Source of the DNA: an uncultured Candidatus Saccharibacteria bacterium
Lineage (GTDB): Bacteria > Patescibacteriota > Saccharimonadia > Saccharimonadales > JAGQNJ01
DNA: 64,000 nt
Direction: 5' to 3'
Assembly: GCA_964584895.1 (NCBI GenBank)
Contig: CAZPAW010000001.1
Location: 337,504-401,503 of the forward strand
Shown: in pieces, positions 58,957 through 64,000 of the stretch
Layout: the number at the start of each line of letters is the position of its first letter
Numbering within the stretch: position 1 is the first letter of the stretch
Program-made: the position numbers and the translations under genes
The notes under the pieces: generated by a model
Seen by the model: the letters and a program-made list of their open reading frames with translations, nothing else
The model's database searches: none
What the model was told of the DNA's origin: nothing

Positions 58957-59260
58957 GCGCGTTTTCATACTTTCTTAATCAGCAAAAATCAACATTCTTT
59001 TTTAGAGCCAATTTCTCATACTTTTCTCAGTAGCAAGAAAAGTATGCAAAAGTGCCATGCTTCCTGTTTTTCGTGATGTAACTTCCAGTCAATGCCTACA
59101 ACAGCCTGCGGAATGCAAGCACCCCGAATAGTTCTTTAAGTGTAAGTATTCGGGGGAGTCCTCGGCTGATCAGTTGTAGGATTGACGAAGTTACTCAAGA
59201 AAAACAGAGGCAATTCAACTGCAGTCAGTGCAACATCATAACAACCCGGACGCCCAAATA
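58957..59260 (+). repeat. composite intergenic repeat, copy B (block 1 + three-tier hairpin 59088-59186 + short motifs)
   Basis: Colinear with 62651-63100. The identical 26-mer CTCATACTTTTCTCAGTAGCAAGAAA is at 59015-40 and 62713-38. Hairpin CATACTTTTC/GAAAAGTATG at 59017-46. CTCAAGAAAAACAGAGGC at 59194-211. CCCGGACGCCC at 59245-55. Confidence 0.7.
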
Positions 59261-59393
59261 AACACAAACAAGGAGATATAAAACCAAAGTCCTAGTAAAC
59301 CCTCTCTTAAGCGCGTAAGTTACAACTGATAAATTTTACAACAGTTTACGTCTTCGGTAACATGTAAAATGTATGCATAAGCATTGAGGGGTA

Positions 59394-62300
59394 GTGTTTG
59401 TGCTAATATTGGAAAAACCAAACAAGTATATAAGCGCGATAAAAATTATTTTATTCATTAGTTTGTTATTAACGGGTTTAACTTTATTAAACCCAAGAAC
59501 AACCTATGCATTCAGTGGGGGTAGTGGCGCATCGGATGACCCTTATCAAATCACAACTCCAGCAGAACTAGCTAGCATGACAAGCTACTTGGGTTCTGGA
59601 AATTCAGGCAAGTACTTCAAGTTAATGAACGATATCGACCTTGACGTTTCGCCGTATAACACGGGTAGCGGCTGGACACCTATTGGTAACAGCAGTAGCA
59701 ATTTTTACGGCAAGTTTGATGGCGACGGGCATAGCATCTCCGGATTGTATATCAATAGGACTACTAGCTATGGTGGCTTGTTTGGCTATACGCAAGGCGC
59801 AACAATCCAAAACGTTAGTTTGACGGGCGCCAACGTAACAAGCACCGCTACTTATACCGGCATCCTAGTGGGCAGAGCATACAACAATAATACGATAAGC
59901 GGTGTCTCTGCCAGTGGCACCATAAGCTCTAGTAGTAACTATGTCGGCGGCTTAATCGGCTCGATGCATTCTGGTGTAATTACCAACGCAAATTCCTCAG
60001 CAGCCGTGACTGGCGCTCAGTACGTTGGCGGTTTGCTTGGTGAGATAAATGGCACAACCTTGACCAACCCGGATATTAGTGATTCTTATGCTACAGGCGA
60101 TATCAGGGCGGACTCATACATTGGCGGCTTTGTGGGCTACAAGGTTTATGGAGCTGTAAGCCGATCTTACGCAAGCGGCGATATTTTGGGCGATCGCACC
60201 GGAGGGTTAACTAATGATTACGGTGGTGGCTTTGTCGGGGCTGTATGTTACGGCTCAATTGTCAGATCATATGCTACTGGTAATATATATGGTGATAACG
60301 AGCTGGCAGGGTTCGGCGGTCTTAGCCATAACTGTAGCGGTACTACCATTACCGACAACTATGCGCGTGGCGATGTCTATCCTTCGGTATCTGGCACCGG
60401 TGGCGGGTTTATGAGATATAACTATCTTGCCACGGTGCAACGTAATTTTTCTACAGGCTTAGTAGATGGTCAAACTAATGCAGGTTTCATATATTGGGAT
60501 GTTGGTTGTGGCGGTTGTTCAAATAATTATTGGGATACCCAAACCAGCGGTCAGAGTACCGGAGGACTTTTCGCTGGTGGCGGTGCTACAGGTAAAAATA
60601 CTCTCCAAATGAAGACCGTTGACACCTATACTACATCCAATGCTTGGGATTTTGTCGGCAACCCGATTAATGATGTTGCTAATAATGATTACTGGGACAT
60701 CAATGGTACTACCAACGACGGTTATCCATTTCTGGCTTGGCAAAGCGCCAATTCTAATCCAGATACTCCCGATATAAGTGCGACAAACTCTGATTTTACA
60801 GTCGGCGATTGGCAGCAGGACACCACACCAACTTTTTCAATGACCTTGGCCGACGATAACGTAAGCGACACTGTTAAATATACGATTGAAGTAGACGATT
60901 CCAGCGATTTTGGCAGCCCGGTAGTAGAGTACACGTCGGCCTTAGCCGCACAAGGCGAGGTGAGTTTTACGCTTGGACAAGCAGCTGGCAGTGGTACCTA
61001 TACCACGGGCAGTGAAGGACAGACACTCGGCGAGGCACAGTACTATTGGCGCGTTAAATCTATTGACGAAAACGACGCCGAAAGCTCGTATACCACGGCA
61101 AACAGTGGAGGTGTCGCGTTTGGAGTTGACACGGCTGTACCTACTACTCCAGGAACTCCGTCGACCACTACGCCAACATCAGATACTACGCCCACATGGA
61201 CCTGGACGGCTAGCACCGATAGCGGGTCAGGCCTATCAAGCAGCCAAACATATATACTTTCGTATTCTCAAGACGCTGATTTTGATTCCTACACCTCTAC
61301 AGATGTTTTAACCAATAGCTTTACCCATGGCACCCCGCTCGGTGAAGGCACATGGTATGTACGCGTAGCAGCGCTTGATAATGTCGGTCGCACATCGACG
61401 ATATCCGATACCGCGACAATTTTAGTTGATACATCGTCGCCAACTGTGCCGGGGACACCGAGTATGCCGGCAAGTGCAACAAATGATACTACGCCCACAT
61501 GGACCTGGACGGCCAGTACCGATAGTGGCGCGGGACTACACTCTACGCCGTATACATTTTATTTCTCCATGGATTCTGATTTTAGTAGTGGGTCATTTTC
61601 GACCGCGAGCTCAAATAGCTTCACTCACTCTTCGCCCTTAAGTGAAGGCAGGTGGTATGCTCGATTAACGGCGCGCGACGCCGTTGCTAATACCTCTGCC
61701 AATTCATCATCGGGATCGGTATATATTGATACAACTGCACCAACAACCCCTGGCAAACCTGCACCTTCAACGAGTAATTCAGATGATACGCCATCATGGA
61801 CCTGGACGGCTAGCACAGATAGCGGATCTGGCCTTGCCAGTAGCGAAAAATACACAATTCAGTGGAGTAAAAGCAGCACTTTTGCAAGTGGAGTATATAC
61901 CACCACCAGCAATACTAACTCATTTACTCACAGCAGTTCGCTAGCAGATGGCACCTGGTATTTTAGGGTAAAATCAAACGACTCAGCTACAAACCAATCT
62001 GGCTACAGCACAAAAGGCAGTATTACTATTGATACGACAATAGAGACTCAAGATAGCGAAGCTAGTTCTTCAGATTCCCAAGCAACTGATGCTACCATCG
62101 AATTTTTTAGCGCAATTATTGACAACACAAAACAAGACCAGCAAAAACCAGTCACGATTATTTTGGACGATTTTCCAGAATACCGATCTGCAGGGAAAAA
62201 GATCAGAGTTAACGAAGGGCAATTACTATATTTTTGCGCGAACAATACAAAATCATGCAAAGATTCAAACAAGCATTCTATAACCATAGATTCAATAGAT

Positions 62301-62630
62301 TTAATCAATAAAACTGTTACCGTGACGGTTCGCTCAACACCGCAAACGTACACATTTGCTTTAAACGACCAAAAGAAAGTAGATGTAGATTACGATGGGG
62401 AACCCGACATTGAAATATCGCTCAGTTATTTAGGGATTGATCACGCCGGATTTAAATTCAAAGGTTTGGCTGCAGCATCTTCGGGTGCAGTCCAAACCAC
62501 CGAAAGCAACAATACTGTCAATAAATCTAACAGCACTGCTCGGCAGTGGGTAGCAGTAGCTGTAGTTGTTATAGTTGGTATATTGGTTACAAAGACGATT
62601 AAAGCCAAGAGATTACGCGCCAGTAAATAG
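59394..62630 (+). CDS. large surface protein: signal peptide, GLUG-motif repeats, four FN3-like modules, C-terminal TM anchor
   Basis: 1078 aa, GTG start with GAGGGG RBS. Signal peptide ...NPRTTYA/FSGG. Repeated Y[VI]GG[LF][IVL]G...G.I.N GLUG-type motifs. About 100-aa modules carry DTTPTWTWTASTDSGSGL and GTWY.RV. C-terminal WVAVAVVVIVGILV + KAKRLRASK. Confidence 0.8.
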   Translation: MFVLILEKPNKYISAIKIILFISLLLTGLTLLNPRTTYAFSGGSGASDDPYQITTPAELASMTSYLGSGNSGKYFKLMNDIDLDVSPYNTGSGWTPIGNSSSNFYGKFDGDGHSISGLYINRTTSYGGLFGYTQGATIQNVSLTGANVTSTATYTGILVGRAYNNNTISGVSASGTISSSSNYVGGLIGSMHSGVITNANSSAAVTGAQYVGGLLGEINGTTLTNPDISDSYATGDIRADSYIGGFVGYKVYGAVSRSYASGDILGDRTGGLTNDYGGGFVGAVCYGSIVRSYATGNIYGDNELAGFGGLSHNCSGTTITDNYARGDVYPSVSGTGGGFMRYNYLATVQRNFSTGLVDGQTNAGFIYWDVGCGGCSNNYWDTQTSGQSTGGLFAGGGATGKNTLQMKTVDTYTTSNAWDFVGNPINDVANNDYWDINGTTNDGYPFLAWQSANSNPDTPDISATNSDFTVGDWQQDTTPTFSMTLADDNVSDTVKYTIEVDDSSDFGSPVVEYTSALAAQGEVSFTLGQAAGSGTYTTGSEGQTLGEAQYYWRVKSIDENDAESSYTTANSGGVAFGVDTAVPTTPGTPSTTTPTSDTTPTWTWTASTDSGSGLSSSQTYILSYSQDADFDSYTSTDVLTNSFTHGTPLGEGTWYVRVAALDNVGRTSTISDTATILVDTSSPTVPGTPSMPASATNDTTPTWTWTASTDSGAGLHSTPYTFYFSMDSDFSSGSFSTASSNSFTHSSPLSEGRWYARLTARDAVANTSANSSSGSVYIDTTAPTTPGKPAPSTSNSDDTPSWTWTASTDSGSGLASSEKYTIQWSKSSTFASGVYTTTSNTNSFTHSSSLADGTWYFRVKSNDSATNQSGYSTKGSITIDTTIETQDSEASSSDSQATDATIEFFSAIIDNTKQDQQKPVTIILDDFPEYRSAGKKIRVNEGQLLYFCANNTKSCKDSNKHSITIDSIDLINKTVTVTVRSTPQTYTFALNDQKKVDVDYDGEPDIEISLSYLGIDHAGFKFKGLAAASSGAVQTTESNNTVNKSNSTARQWVAVAVVVIVGILVTKTIKAKRLRASK
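60751..62040 (+). repeat. in-gene tandem modules (~300-nt period, 4 copies)
   Basis: Near-identical stretches GATACTACGCCCACATGGACCTGGACGGC[T/C]AG[C/T]ACCGATAG[C/T]GG at 61182 and 61485, a related copy at 61782, and a degenerate first module from about 60751. Confidence 0.8.
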
Positions 62631-62650
62631 TCTTACGGAATCTAAAGATT

Positions 62651-63100
62651 CGCGTGTTTCATGCTTTCTCAATCAGAAAGAATACGGTGTTCTTTTCTAA
62701 AGAACCAAATCACTCATACTTTTCTCAGTAGCAAGAAATTCGCTGTACAGCGCAATGCAAAAGCTCGGGTTATTTCAAAAATTATCATGCCACTCTTAGA
62801 GTTTCACAATTTCAACTTTTGGTAGCAAAAGTTGAGCAAAAACCACCAAGCAAATAAAAGAACTAGATGAAAGTTTTCACAACAAACCTCGTGCCTGTGG
62901 AATGCAAGCACCCCAAATGGTTTAATTAGAGTAATTATTTGGGGATGTCCTCGGCAATGATTCGAGATTTGTTATAAAAACTATCTCTGTTTTTCAGGGC
63001 ATGGATCCAAACTACAATAATCATAAACGAAGTTAATCAGGGCAAGCCGGACGCCCAAGTCAAACAGCATCTGCTCAGGAAAAATCAGAGGCAGATGAAA
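62651..63100 (+). repeat. composite intergenic repeat, copy C (block 1 + hairpins + three-tier hairpin 62872-62982 + short motifs)
   Basis: See copy B. Extra perfect hairpin CAACTTTTG-gtag-CAAAAGTTG at 62813-34. TCAGGGCAAGCCGGACGCCC at 63037-56. CATCTGC-tcaggaaaaatcagag-GCAGATG at 63068-97. Confidence 0.7.
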
Positions 63101-63151
63101 CGCAAAAAAACTCTAAAAAATTGGTCCATAAATTGTACATCCTGCTAGTGC

Positions 63152-63181
63152 TTGCAATTTAGATATCGATGAAACGATAAT
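63152..63181 (+). promoter_or_regulatory. putative promoter
   Basis: TTGCAA (63152-57), 18-nt spacer, GATAAT (63176-81), 25 nt upstream of the 63206 ATG. RBS AAAGGAG. Confidence 0.35.
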
Positions 63182-63205
63182 AGAACTATCTAAAGGAGAA
63201 AAAAT

Positions 63206-63532
63206 ATGCCTAAAGACCCGGGAGAAGTAGCTTTTGAGAGCCAGATTGAGTTTAATGGACAAGCACTTGATGTCCACCAACTAATTCCTCAGCTTCCATG
63301 TAGCCCAGAAAAGAGAGCGCAATGCCTTGAGCACCTTGAGGAAGGCAGAGGTGATGAAATGTATAGTGATTTTTGGCTTATGGGCTGTGATTTCCCTGTG
63401 GCCTTACAAGAAGGTGAAGTAACGGTTCAATTAGCCTGCAAAGGAATAACGAGATTTACCAAAAGGTGCCGTCTAACTCTCACTCAATATAGTGCAGATG
63501 GCGATATACTCAACAAAGGCAGCTTCGAGTAG
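63206..63532 (+). CDS. hypothetical Cys-containing small protein
   Basis: 108-aa ORF with a strong RBS. Confidence 0.45.
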   Translation: MPKDPGEVAFESQIEFNGQALDVHQLIPQLPCSPEKRAQCLEHLEEGRGDEMYSDFWLMGCDFPVALQEGEVTVQLACKGITRFTKRCRLTLTQYSADGDILNKGSFE

Positions 63533-63712
63533 AAGATTACTCGCCATCTCAACGAGCATCCCAAAAATTCGAAGACAGGTAACATCTTCTCAGGAAAAAT
63601 CTGAGACACAAATAAGGGCATAATTTTAAAATAAAATACCCCACTTCTAAAATCCCCTCCTAGAACTTCTTGCTACATAGGAGTAAAATATATTTAAACC
63701 AAAGGAGTAAGT

Positions 63713-63931
63713 ATGATCGATGAATATATTAAAACATTTTTATGGGGAATTACTGGGGCGGTAACGATGGCGGTTGCGCTACCCTTGCTATTGTGGGTTT
63801 TCGATAAGTTTACTCCTGTTAATGAATGGGCTGAGATAAAAAAGGGCAATATGGCGGTAGCCATTATTTTGGGTGCGTTAATTTTAAGTTTTGCGATTGT
63901 AATGGGGCTTTCAGTTGTACCATCAGTCTAG
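63713..63931 (+). CDS. DUF350-like small membrane protein
   Basis: 72 aa, RBS AAAGGAG. Two TM helices flank ...PVNEWAEIKKGNMAVAIILG..., typical of the YjfL/DUF350 family. Confidence 0.6.
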   Translation: MIDEYIKTFLWGITGAVTMAVALPLLLWVFDKFTPVNEWAEIKKGNMAVAIILGALILSFAIVMGLSVVPSV

Positions 63932-64000
63932 AGTAGGTGATAAGATAGTCCGCCGAATAGTACTTGCGGTAACTATTCTTGCATTGCTAGTAGCAACGCC

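Noticed and set aside
59622-62353. Alternative-frame and antisense ORFs inside the surface-protein gene (for example 60973..61311, 61426..61641, 61684..61944, 62048..62353)
   Set aside because: They lie within a long, motif-supported CDS. The higher GC content and repeat structure suppress stop codons in the other frames.
58957-63607. CRISPR array, as an explanation for the recurring intergenic motifs
   Set aside because: The repeats are not identical and are irregularly spaced, from tens of nt to kilobases. They are separated by full-length genes, and no cas genes are present.

Overview
AT-rich, very gene-dense bacterial chromosomal segment with about 60 supportable CDS and one tmRNA. I saw no rRNA, tRNA or CRISPR array by eye. 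Content includes a lower-glycolysis block (ppsA-pyk-pgk-tpiA) and housekeeping genes (metG, alaS, mnmA, typA, obg, rsmA, rplY, uvrA, uvrD/pcrA, sbcB, ruvX, ftsA-like). It also holds several cell-wall hydrolases (RpfB/YabE-like, MltG, LysM-CHAP), a bacterial RRM protein, a C-terminally short AlaRS and many short ORFans with single membrane anchors. This profile suggests a reduced-genome Patescibacteria/CPR organism, plausibly Saccharibacteria-like; that is inference only, since no rRNA marker is in the window. Six items stand out. (1) A family of intergenic three-tier hairpins keeps base pairing while stem sequence changes (6992-7062, 54811-54927, 59088-59186, 62872-62982). It comes with companion short motifs, and two composite copies bracket a 1078-aa GLUG/FN3-like surface protein gene. 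(2) A 2.4-kb islet sits at the 3' end of ssrA, bounded by a 42-bp direct repeat of the tmRNA 3' end plus terminator. It carries a sigma-70-like gene with an internal 72-nt tandem repeat but no integrase. (3) A WhiB-like Cys4 protein is transcribed divergently from a consensus promoter with a long leader and a five-gene ORFan operon. (4) A GC-rich, mutually exclusive stem system lies just after the RpfB-like gene. (5) A cytoplasmic GH37 trehalase is present. (6) So is a heme-type membrane domain fused to cytochrome b5. Coordinates of non-CDS features were counted by hand and may be off by 1-2 nt. No database search was possible, so all functional calls rest on motifs visible in the translations.
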